Assembly (NCBI GenBank): GCA_011364975.1
Contig: RDOE01000040.1
Span: 1 to 31,570 of the forward strand
Source: Promethearchaeota archaeon
Lineage (GTDB): Archaea > Asgardarchaeota > Lokiarchaeia > Sigyniarchaeales > SOKP01
DNA: 31,570 bases
Direction: 5' to 3'
Both the position numbers and the translations under genes were made by a program. How positions within the stretch are numbered: position 1 is the first letter of the stretch; each line of letters begins with the position of its first letter. The notes under the pieces are model-generated. The model did not search any database. It had not been told where the DNA came from and was given only the letters and a program-made list of their open reading frames with translations. Shown piece after piece: positions 18,573 through 27,419 of the stretch.

Positions 18573-18749
18573 GTAAAAATAACATAATAGTTACTAGTTT
18601 AGAAAAATTATCGCTCAAGTTATCCTAAAATACGACCCTATTAAAATTAAAATTTCTAAATACTATTTCTTTTTTTCCTCCACTTATAAATTAATCTTAG
18701 AAATTTTAATCAAATTTTATTTTTGATACTAAAATCCTCTTAAATTTCT

Positions 18750-19580
18750 CTAACTACTGTTTTTATTACAATTTTTTATTATTTTCTTAGATAAAATCAT
18801 ACTCCCTAAAGATATAGTTACTATCATCCATAAGAAATTATAACCTGAGATGACGGGATTACATTCATTATTATCGTAAATTTGGTTATTGTTCCCTAAA
18901 TCATTGATATCTCCGCCAGTGTTTTCACAAAAAGTATTCTGAAAAATAATATTGTTCTCTGAATTGCTATCTAAATAGATGGCATAATTATTATTATTTG
19001 AAACAGTATTTCCCGAAATGGTATTATTATCAGAATAGGCAAGTCTTATTCCTGTATAACCATTTAAAACATTATTTCCCGTTACTGATATATGAGACGA
19101 TTGCCATAGACTGATTCCAACTTCATTATTGGAAAAGTCACAATTACTAATTGAAATATTTTGACATTGTGATATAAATATTCCTCCAGCACTCCATGCA
19201 CCCTCTGAATTTTCTAGGGTACAATCTCTAATAATTAAATATCTATCAGTGTTTTTGATTTCAATAGCACTACCTACTCCTGCAAAAATCTCTGCTTCTA
19301 TTTCATAGCTTTCAATCACATGCGCTGTGAACCATGATAAACCATCCGTTCCATCACCAGAACAAAAAGTATCTAGAGCAACATTTCCATCAATAGAGAT
19401 GGGTGAATGTGATGTAGATAGTTTTAGGACTGATACGTTTGTAAGCGGTATATTTTCTTGAGGTTGTGATAATAGAGATATATTTAGAATTATAGTTAGG
19501 AAGAGATATATTGAAAATAAACTAATTATCTTTCTAAAAACAGCTGTATCTTTTTCAAGATTTAATATATTAAATTTCAT
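18750..19580 (-). CDS. Secreted right-handed parallel beta-helix (NosD/CASH-like) protein with a Loki-CTERM-like sorting tail
   Basis: N-terminal TM, GIxLxxSxxNxIxGNxxxNN repeats, and C-terminal ISGYNFLWMIVTISLGSMILSKKIIK. ATG at 19580 preferred over TTG at 19625. Confidence 0.85.
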   Translation of the reverse strand: MKFNILNLEKDTAVFRKIISLFSIYLFLTIILNISLLSQPQENIPLTNVSVLKLSTSHSPISIDGNVALDTFCSGDGTDGLSWFTAHVIESYEIEAEIFAGVGSAIEIKNTDRYLIIRDCTLENSEGAWSAGGIFISQCQNISISNCDFSNNEVGISLWQSSHISVTGNNVLNGYTGIRLAYSDNNTISGNTVSNNNNYAIYLDSNSENNIIFQNTFCENTGGDINDLGNNNQIYDNNECNPVISGYNFLWMIVTISLGSMILSKKIIKNCNKNSS

Positions 19581-19701
19581 TAGATTACCCAATTGAAAAA
19601 TGATGGATAATTTAACCAATGTCAAAATATAAACATAACCATATAAAATTTAGACAATGTATTACTAAAATTCTTTAAGGCTTTTTTCATAAATTTTAAG
19701 G

Positions 19702-20508
19702 ATGACTATAATTCAAAAAAGTTCAAGAAAGATAAAAGGAATCTTATCTGATTTAGATGGAACAATCTACTTTAAGGGAAAACCAATTCCAGGATCTATA
19801 GAGACTATTTTATCTTTAAATGAGAAAGGAGTAAAATTATTATTTTTTACAAACACAGATAGTAAATCACCAGGCACTATACTAAAAAACTTATATAATT
19901 ATGGCTTTAATGTCAAAAAAGAGGAGTTATTTACTCCAATTATTGCATTAAAGGAATTTTTATCTAAGAAACCTGCAAGCACTTTATTTTTAGTCACAAC
20001 AGAAGAGGTTAAGGAGGAATTTAAAAAATTTTCGATAATAACAGAATTTGAAAATTCTAAAATTCCAGATTATGTTATTATTGGAGACTTTCATGATAAT
20101 TGGGATGTAAATCAACTAAATCATGCTTTTAAATATGTAATGAAAGGAGCTAAACTGTTGGGAACACAAGGGAACAGATACTATTTGGATAAACAAGGTG
20201 AACCTGTTTTAGACACGGGTTCCTTCGTTAAAATGGTAGCCAATGCTGCCAACGTCGAACCACTAATCTTTGGGAAACCCTCGAGGGAATACTTTTTACA
20301 AGCTTTAATAAAAATTAATCTTAAAGCTGAAGAAGTGATTGTTATTGGAGATGATATTGAATCTGATATTCAAGGTGCTATAAACGCGGGTTTAAGGGGT
20401 GTTTTGGTTAGAACAGGTAAAGGGAAGTTTATAGATCTAGACGGATTGAGCATTAAACCATTTAAGATTATAGAATCATTTAATCAAATATTTAAGATTT
20501 TAAATTAA
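19702..20508 (+). CDS. HAD subfamily IIA hydrolase (LHPP/HDHD2-like)
   Basis: DLDGT, FTN, LDTGSFV, FGKPS, IGDDIESDIQGA, LVRTGK. Confidence 0.92.
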   Translation: MTIIQKSSRKIKGILSDLDGTIYFKGKPIPGSIETILSLNEKGVKLLFFTNTDSKSPGTILKNLYNYGFNVKKEELFTPIIALKEFLSKKPASTLFLVTTEEVKEEFKKFSIITEFENSKIPDYVIIGDFHDNWDVNQLNHAFKYVMKGAKLLGTQGNRYYLDKQGEPVLDTGSFVKMVANAANVEPLIFGKPSREYFLQALIKINLKAEEVIVIGDDIESDIQGAINAGLRGVLVRTGKGKFIDLDGLSIKPFKIIESFNQIFKILN

Positions 20509-20541
20509 ATCTCAATTGAGTTACCATATAAAAGAATAAAG

Positions 20542-20757
20542 TTAACGTATATAACTTTGAGATTTTTCTTCAAACGAGTTAATATATTCATTATCTCTAA
20601 AACTCTGATAAGTATCCTTTATTTCATCTAAATTAACTGTAACAAGAGTATGTTGATGATGGGATTTTTCAAAAAGATTTAATTTGGATTGGTTTAATGG
20701 ATTATTAGGATGGATTACGATATATTCCTTACATTTAATACAAGCTCGTGCTCGCAT
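20542..20757 (-). CDS. Small putative Zn-binding protein (CxxC...HxxH)
   Basis: CIKC and HHQH. GGAGGT RBS lies upstream of ATG 20757; alternative start at 20772. Confidence 0.75.
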   Translation of the reverse strand: MRARACIKCKEYIVIHPNNPLNQSKLNLFEKSHHQHTLVTVNLDEIKDTYQSFRDNEYINSFEEKSQSYIR

Positions 20758-20878
20758 AATTTTGACCTCCATAACGAGTTCTAATTTCCAAATATGATAT
20801 GGAATAAATAGTATTTCAAATTATCTTTTATTTTGTAAAGATGTTCGTGATGATGCTACATATCAATGTAATTATGAA

Positions 20879-22312
20879 TCAAACTATTTCTATTTTATTT
20901 CTTATAATTTCTTCGTCTAAGTCGCATATTTCTTTTAAACAAATGCTACAGATTGTATCTTCACTTTTTCCAATCGCGTCAATAAGTCCATTCATAGATT
21001 GATACTTTAGGCTGTCTGCGCCGATATATTTTCTCATTTCTTCGTTAAAATTATCGAAATTTTTAATTTTTGCTTCAAGCGCAATAAAAATATCCCGATT
21101 AGATAGACTATCATTTAGATCACAATTTTTTATAAGAGGTGGACAGCTGATCCTTACATGAATTAATTTGGAACCTGCATTTCTTAACATTTTTATTATC
21201 TTTTTCATAGTAACTCCACTAACGATAGAGTCATCCACCAAAACAATATCTTTATCATAAGTTATAGCCTTTATAGGATTCAATTTCTCATTAAAATCTT
21301 TTTTCAATTGCCATAAATAACGATTTTTCATCAATCCTTCTGCATAGGTTATTTTGGATTTCCAAGAATATCCCATAGCAGCACTTCTTCCAGAATCAGG
21401 GACAGGTACTACAATAGCATTTTCCGATGGTACATCATCACCTATCGCTAAATTAATTCCTAAGTTATAGCGAACTTTTCCTACAGAAATACCATCAATT
21501 ACGGAATCAGGGCGGGCAAAATAGATGTATTCATAACTACAGATACCATGTTTTAGATGAGGAATAATCTGTTCTCTTTTCAGACTTTCAGTAGGATTAA
21601 CATAAACAATTTCTCCCGGTTTCACATCATCAATTACTTTTGCTCCAATCACATCAAGAGCACATGATTCAGAAGCAAAAACATAAAAATGCTTATCTTC
21701 CCTTTCTAAGCTCCCAAAGCACAAAGGTTTATAACCAATGGAATCCCTAATAGCAAAAATGTCGCCTTTTTTTGTTAAAACTACGATACAATATGCCCCT
21801 CTAACAACTTTCATCATGTCCTTTAAAGCATCAAATATTTGATTTGTTAAATCATAAAATGCTGCTATTAGAGAAGCAAGTAATTCAATATCTGATATTC
21901 CAGTCAGCACTCTTCCCATCTTTTCTAACTTAATCTGAATTTCTGTAGGATTTGTTATTCTTCCATTTAATGCTATTGAAAATTCTATTTTATTAGATTT
22001 ATAAAGATAAGGCTGAGCATTCTCTTCATTAGAACAATATGGAGTCCCATAGCATACATGACCAATTCCAACATTTCCGATAAAATTACGTAATGTTTTT
22101 GGAGATAAGACTTTAGACACAAGACCTTTCCCTTTGTATGTATCAATAGGACCTTCACAAGAACTTATAGAGATACCAGAATAGAGTTGTCCACGATGTT
22201 GAAGCGCCATTAAACCAGAATAGATCAAACCTGCTACTGAATAACTAAAGTCTTTACTTACAATTCCAAATACTCCACAATAGTCTCGAATCTTACTACC
22301 AATATTGCACAT
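20879..22312 (-). CDS. purF: Amidophosphoribosyltransferase homolog, divergent (several active-site motifs altered)
   Basis: 11-aa propeptide then CGVFG, LQHRGQ, EYIYFARPDS, PVPDSG, VDDSIV, IGADSL and the Fe-S Cys set. Directly downstream of purL. Confidence 0.85.
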   Translation of the reverse strand: MCNIGSKIRDYCGVFGIVSKDFSYSVAGLIYSGLMALQHRGQLYSGISISSCEGPIDTYKGKGLVSKVLSPKTLRNFIGNVGIGHVCYGTPYCSNEENAQPYLYKSNKIEFSIALNGRITNPTEIQIKLEKMGRVLTGISDIELLASLIAAFYDLTNQIFDALKDMMKVVRGAYCIVVLTKKGDIFAIRDSIGYKPLCFGSLEREDKHFYVFASESCALDVIGAKVIDDVKPGEIVYVNPTESLKREQIIPHLKHGICSYEYIYFARPDSVIDGISVGKVRYNLGINLAIGDDVPSENAIVVPVPDSGRSAAMGYSWKSKITYAEGLMKNRYLWQLKKDFNEKLNPIKAITYDKDIVLVDDSIVSGVTMKKIIKMLRNAGSKLIHVRISCPPLIKNCDLNDSLSNRDIFIALEAKIKNFDNFNEEMRKYIGADSLKYQSMNGLIDAIGKSEDTICSICLKEICDLDEEIIRNKIEIV

Positions 22313-22328
22313 TAAATACTCTCTTTTT

Positions 22329-24575
22329 TTATATATCCATCATATCAGGAAGTGTTGAATCATATAATGACTTCATTTTGCTTAGATCTAATTTTATATC
22401 TTTAACTTGAAAGCCAGAGATAATTATTTCTGGTGAATCTATTATAGTTCCCAGTTGCTTTACATAAACTCCGAACTTTTCAGCAAGATTCATAACGTCA
22501 TCATGATCTGCGGGACTTATTTCGATTATGAATCTACCTACAGATTCGCTAAACAGCAACTCGTCATCTTTAAGTCTGTTTGAGTTATAATCATTTATAT
22601 TTAATCTAGCGCCCAGATTATGTTTAAAACACATTTCTGCAATCGTTATTATAAAGCCTCCTTTATCCACGTCATGATTCGATTTAATATAATTGTTCCT
22701 ATAGAGTTCAAATATATAATCCCATCTTTTTTTTATCTCTCGCTCATTAACTTTTGGAGGGATGCCTCCTTCCATATCGTAAATTACAGAGTGGTATTCT
22801 GAGCCTCCTAGTTCCGCATACGTCTCACCAATGATCAGAATTTCATTTCCTTCTTCTTTAAAAGGAAGTGTTATGATGTTTTCTTGACCAATAATAAGTC
22901 CAACAATCATAATAACAGGTGTTGCTTTTATCGCTGTTTTTTTAACCTCGTCTTCATTATAAAATGAAACATTTCCCCCAACAATCGGTATTTTTAAATC
23001 TCGACAGAAATCATTCATTCCATCGACAGATTTAGAAAAATACCAAAATGACTCTGGAATCTCTGGATTTCCAAAATTACAGCAATTTACCATAGCCATA
23101 GGTTTTGCACCATTGGAGATAATATTTCCACATTGCTCGACTAATCCTCCTTTAGAACCCTCATATGGATCCAAGAAACAATGTTTTGAATTAACCCCTA
23201 CGCTCGCAGCTATGAATTTATTTGTTCCTATTATTCTTAACACTCCAGAATCTCCTTCACCACATTTTATTACTGATCTTACCCCTACTTCATGATCATA
23301 TTGGCGATACACCCATTCTTTGCTGCAAATATTTTCAGAAGCAATTAATTTGTAAATGATCTCATCTAATGATAAAATCCTTTTTGGAGTTTTTTCAAGT
23401 AATAACTTATCTAGATATTTTGGTCGTTTTTCTTCTCTTTTGAACGTAGGAGACTCAGAAAGGGCTTTTGAAGGTATGCTTACAACCAATTCATCTCCAT
23501 CATATACTTTTAAAATTTTTGAATCGTCTGTTCTCCCAATCACGGCAAAACTCATCTCATACTTCCTAAAAACATCAAGAACCATTTCTAATCCTTCAGG
23601 TTTAACAATAAAAGTCATTCGTTCTTGTGATTCTGAAAGCATTATTTCATAAGAATTCATTCCGGGTTCCCTTGTTATAACTTTTCTTAGATCTACATCA
23701 GCACCAGTATCACCACTACCAGTCAACTCGCTTGTGGCACAGGTCAATCCACCACCACCCAAATCTTTTAAACCTCTTACATAACCCGTTTTGACAGCTT
23801 CTAACGTAGCTTCTATTATCATTTTTTTAATAAATGGATCCCCAATCTGTACTGCAGGTCTATCCGCCTCAGACATTTCTGTTAATGTACGAGATGCAAA
23901 AGTAACCCCATGTATTCCATCTCTACCAGTAGAACCACCCATCAATATAACGTAATCTCCAGGATTGTATGCTTTACTAGGAGCGTGTTGGAAATCCTCT
24001 TTCGTTCCTAAACCAATGCAGGCTACATTTACTAAACAATTACTTTCAAAGCTGTCATCGAATTCCACTTCTCCACCAATTGTAGGGATGCCTGTGCAAT
24101 TACCATAATCAGCAATACCTTTAACTACATATTTAAATAACCATTGTGAATGAGAATTATCTTTTAGGCAACCAAATCGTAAGGGGTCTAATAGCGCAAT
24201 AGGTCTAACTCCCATACATAATATATCTCTTATTATTCCACCTATACCAGTAGCGGCCCCATGATAAGGCTCGATTGCAGAGGGGTGATTATGGGATTCT
24301 ATTCTAAATGCTAGTACATATCCATCACCAATATCAATAACCCCAGCGTCTTGACCAGGACCAGCCAATACATAATCATAATTTTTTTCTGCATCCTCAA
24401 AAAATTTTAACTTCGGGCGGGAGGATTTATATGAGCAATGTTCACTCCACATTACATCAAACATGCCTAATTCTGTGACGTTTGGCTCTTTTTTTAATAA
24501 TTCTTTTACAGCTTCAAATTCATCCTTGGTCATTTCTATATTTATATCCTCTCCATTAAGTTTTACTTTAGTCAT
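22329..24575 (-). CDS. purL: FGAM synthase subunit PurL
   Basis: WSEHCSYKSS, ESHNHPS, GGSTGRDGIHG, DLGGGGL, SESQERM, NFGNP, GGNVSFYN. Confidence 0.98.
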   Translation of the reverse strand: MTKVKLNGEDINIEMTKDEFEAVKELLKKEPNVTELGMFDVMWSEHCSYKSSRPKLKFFEDAEKNYDYVLAGPGQDAGVIDIGDGYVLAFRIESHNHPSAIEPYHGAATGIGGIIRDILCMGVRPIALLDPLRFGCLKDNSHSQWLFKYVVKGIADYGNCTGIPTIGGEVEFDDSFESNCLVNVACIGLGTKEDFQHAPSKAYNPGDYVILMGGSTGRDGIHGVTFASRTLTEMSEADRPAVQIGDPFIKKMIIEATLEAVKTGYVRGLKDLGGGGLTCATSELTGSGDTGADVDLRKVITREPGMNSYEIMLSESQERMTFIVKPEGLEMVLDVFRKYEMSFAVIGRTDDSKILKVYDGDELVVSIPSKALSESPTFKREEKRPKYLDKLLLEKTPKRILSLDEIIYKLIASENICSKEWVYRQYDHEVGVRSVIKCGEGDSGVLRIIGTNKFIAASVGVNSKHCFLDPYEGSKGGLVEQCGNIISNGAKPMAMVNCCNFGNPEIPESFWYFSKSVDGMNDFCRDLKIPIVGGNVSFYNEDEVKKTAIKATPVIMIVGLIIGQENIITLPFKEEGNEILIIGETYAELGGSEYHSVIYDMEGGIPPKVNEREIKKRWDYIFELYRNNYIKSNHDVDKGGFIITIAEMCFKHNLGARLNINDYNSNRLKDDELLFSESVGRFIIEISPADHDDVMNLAEKFGVYVKQLGTIIDSPEIIISGFQVKDIKLDLSKMKSLYDSTLPDMMDI

Positions 24576-25285
24576 TATGAAGTCCTCCGTTTTATAAATT
24601 CTATCATTGAATCAAAAAACAATTTACCATGTTCCGTATAATTAGGGCTTAATATTGGTTCTGAAGCTCTTTCTGGATGTGGCATTAATCCTATACAATT
24701 TCGTTCTAAATTACAGATTCCTGCAATATTGTCCATTGAACCATTGGGATTCGCAATTGCTGTTATATTACCTTTCTCATTAGAATATTTAAAGACAATC
24801 TGATTGTTTTCCTCAAGCTCCTTTAGATTATCCGTAAAATAACGACCCTCTCCATGAGCAATCGGAATTGCGAGCACATCACCAATATTCATTTGGTTTG
24901 TAAGAGCAGTTGCATTATTTTCAACTTTAAGATTCACCCATTTGCATACAAACTTTAAGGAATCGTTTCTCAGCAAGGCACCAGGAAGAAATTGTGATTC
25001 TGTCAGAATTTGAAAACCATTACAAATACCTAGAATAGGACGTCCATCTTTCAACATAACTCTTGCCTCATCAATAGCTGGACTATGCGCTGCAATTATT
25101 CCAGCACGTAAATAATCCCCAAATGTAAATCCTCCCGGTAAAATGACTCCATCGTATTTGGATTCCTTGAAATGATTGTGCCATACTAAATCAGTTTCTA
25201 TACCTATTACATTTTTCAGTACATGTATGGCATCCAAATCACAATTAGCTCCCGGAAATTGAATAACTGCTATTTTAACACTCAT
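24575..25285 (-). CDS. purQ: FGAM synthase glutaminase subunit PurQ
   Basis: [43 protein letters not shown]. Confidence 0.98.
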   Translation of the reverse strand: MSVKIAVIQFPGANCDLDAIHVLKNVIGIETDLVWHNHFKESKYDGVILPGGFTFGDYLRAGIIAAHSPAIDEARVMLKDGRPILGICNGFQILTESQFLPGALLRNDSLKFVCKWVNLKVENNATALTNQMNIGDVLAIPIAHGEGRYFTDNLKELEENNQIVFKYSNEKGNITAIANPNGSMDNIAGICNLERNCIGLMPHPERASEPILSPNYTEHGKLFFDSMIEFIKRRTS

Positions 25286-25291
25286 ATTTCC

Positions 25292-25558
25292 TCAATTTCC
25301 CTTTGTTAAATTTAAAATCTTGAAATTTTGGGTGACTGGATTAAAAATGCGTAATTTATTTAATAAATCTTCAATAATTCGTCTTGCGGCATCCTCATTT
25401 TCTGCTTCTAAATTAAACCTAAGATACTGACCAGAACGAACGTTGGATACCATTTTATAACCTTTTTTGGCGAGTAGATCCCTTCTTATTGTTTCTCCAA
25501 CGGGATCTCTAGCCATTTCTTTGTTTTGAATTATAACTTCTATGTTAAAATCTCTCAT
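25292..25558 (-). CDS. purS: FGAM synthase subunit PurS
   Basis: DPVGETI, VRSG, NPV. Size is 88 aa and it precedes purQ. Confidence 0.93.
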   Translation of the reverse strand: MRDFNIEVIIQNKEMARDPVGETIRRDLLAKKGYKMVSNVRSGQYLRFNLEAENEDAARRIIEDLLNKLRIFNPVTQNFKILNLTKGN

Positions 25559-25589
25559 AATATTCTAAAAAAAGGTGTGTATTAATTTT

Positions 25590-25641
25590 AATAATTCTTA
25601 TTAATTAATAAATAATTCTTATCGACAAATATGAGTTTAAA
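25590..25641 (-). promoter_or_regulatory. Putative purSQLF promoter with a 12-bp direct repeat and an embedded palindrome
   Basis: AATAATTCTTAT at 25590-25601 and 25611-25622. TTATTAATTAATAA palindrome at 25598-25611. TTTAAA at 25636-25641. Confidence 0.35.
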
Positions 25642-25686
25642 GGCTATATTTTTTGCTAAAAAAAGTAGATTTTATGATTGAAATAA

Positions 25687-25893
25687 TCAAAGAGGAGCAT
25701 AAGCGAAACTAACAAAAACTAAAAGGAAAAGCGACAAAAAGCTTAGCAGAAAACTATATTTACCTAGTCTTGGTAGTTTCTCATCAGGAACTCTATTCTC
25801 ATTTCTCTTTTTCGAAGTCAAGTCAATAACTAACGCAATAAAACCTGCGATAAATAAACCAAATGATAAAGTCATTAATATAAAATTGAACAT
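25687..25893 (-). CDS. Small two-TM membrane protein
   Basis: Two hydrophobic helices around a basic loop (SKKRNENR). Same strand as the pur genes. ATG at 25893, TTG at 25902. Confidence 0.6.
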   Translation of the reverse strand: MFNFILMTLSFGLFIAGFIALVIDLTSKKRNENRVPDEKLPRLGKYSFLLSFLSLFLLVFVSFAYAPL

Positions 25894-25938
25894 AATAAAC
25901 AAATTACACTTAAATGTTATTTAAATCTTTCTCAAGAA

Positions 25939-26916
25939 TTATAAAAATTCAGTCCTCTTTAAATTTTCAATTATTCTTTGATGTACATCAGACACTTCTG
26001 CCTTAAATTCTTCACCAGTAATCTTTTCATAACTTCTCATGTACCTTTTTGCGAGTTCAATTTTAATGTCAGAGGAAATTGGAGGAATTGGTTGATCGGG
26101 TTTAATATTAGGAAATATATCTGGATATGTTTCCATTAACCAACCTCTAAATATTTCTTTATCTAAAATTTCTGGTTCATTCCCCTTAGAAAAATTTTCA
26201 TCATAGCTATCGAGTATCCAAAATCTTGAAGAATCTTGAGTATGAATCTCATCAATAACATAAAGCTCACTGTTTTTTATTCCAAATTCGTATTTAGTAT
26301 CAACTAAAATTAGTCCATTTTTCTGGCAAAAATCTTGGCCAAATTTAAATAACTTAAAAGCAGTCTCTTCCATTTTTTCATAGATATCTTTATCTACTAA
26401 ATTTTCCTTGATAATTTGGTCTTTAGAAATATAAATATCATGTCCACTTTCTGCTTTTGTGGAAGGTGTAAGAAGAATATCGTCGAGTTTTTGATTTTTA
26501 ATTAATCCTTTTGGTAAAGTAATTCCTGAAGTTGTTTTACCTTGCTGATAATCTCTCCAAGCTGATCCTGTTATGTATGCTCTTACAACCATTTCAATAG
26601 GGATTAATTCGCATTGTTGTACAATAGCAACGTTAGGATCTGGAATGCTTATAATATGATTTTTAGCTAAATGTTTAGTTTTATCGAACCAAAATGATGA
26701 GACTTGATTTAATAGTTGTCCTTTAAAAGGAATGGTTGTTATTACACGGTCAAAAGCAGATAGTCGGTCTGTGGCAATAATTATTCTAAAATCATTATTA
26801 ATATAATTATCTCTTACTTTTCCTTTATATAACTTACCTAAACCTGTAAAATTTGTTTCAATTAGGGTTTTATCTAATTGATTTTTGATAATCTCATCAA
26901 TATTTTCTGGAACCAT
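25939..26916 (-). CDS. purC: SAICAR synthetase (long form)
   Basis: YKGKVRD, TDRLSAFD, PFKGQ, EMVVRAYITGS, LVDTKYEFG, DEIHTQDSSRFW. ATG at 26916. Confidence 0.97.
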   Translation of the reverse strand: MVPENIDEIIKNQLDKTLIETNFTGLGKLYKGKVRDNYINNDFRIIIATDRLSAFDRVITTIPFKGQLLNQVSSFWFDKTKHLAKNHIISIPDPNVAIVQQCELIPIEMVVRAYITGSAWRDYQQGKTTSGITLPKGLIKNQKLDDILLTPSTKAESGHDIYISKDQIIKENLVDKDIYEKMEETAFKLFKFGQDFCQKNGLILVDTKYEFGIKNSELYVIDEIHTQDSSRFWILDSYDENFSKGNEPEILDKEIFRGWLMETYPDIFPNIKPDQPIPPISSDIKIELAKRYMRSYEKITGEEFKAEVSDVHQRIIENLKRTEFL

Positions 26917-27008
26917 GGTTATTATAAAAACCAACTCGCATAAAAACTCTTTTTATATAATTTATATAGTTATTATTAAACCAATAATAGCATAATCTCT
27001 TTCATAAG

Positions 27009-27377
27009 CTACTTTTTATAGAAGGATCCATCATTAAATTCTTGTGATGAATATTTTTGTCTATTCTTATTCATTTTAAGCTGAAATATATGAGTTAAAT
27101 CCATTTTTAAGCTATTAATCAAACTAATTAAATAAATAAAGACATCAGCGATTTCATCAGAGATTTTTTCTTTTAAAATTTGATCCTTTAATATATCATT
27201 AACGGAATAATCTTTAAAAAGAAAAATTTCTAATAATTCGCCAGCTTCTACGGATAGCGCTTGAGCTAGGTTATTTGGGGTATGATAATTTAACCAGTTT
27301 CTCTCTTGGACAAACTCATTAACTTCTTTTTTAAAAAATGAAATTGTTTTCTCAGAATCATTTTGATCCGAAGTCAT
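27009..27377 (-). CDS. MazG-like nucleotide pyrophosphohydrolase (DCTPP1-type)
   Basis: FVQERNW..YHTPNNL..SVEAGELLEIF..DEIADV..KMNKNRQKY. Confidence 0.92.
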   Translation of the reverse strand: MTSDQNDSEKTISFFKKEVNEFVQERNWLNYHTPNNLAQALSVEAGELLEIFLFKDYSVNDILKDQILKEKISDEIADVFIYLISLINSLKMDLTHIFQLKMNKNRQKYSSQEFNDGSFYKK

Positions 27378-27419
27378 AAGAACGAGTTATTTGAGTTTTT
27401 AGTTAATATTAGGTAATTA

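Noticed and set aside
18750-19580. NosD-like protein as evidence of N2O reduction
   Set aside because: Generic beta-helix repeats only, with no nos genes nearby.
20773-27388. AACTCGTT (minus strand) just upstream of the ORFs starting at 20772 and 27377
   Set aside because: Only 8 bp, and it also occurs inside coding sequence (about 20573), so it is compatible with chance.
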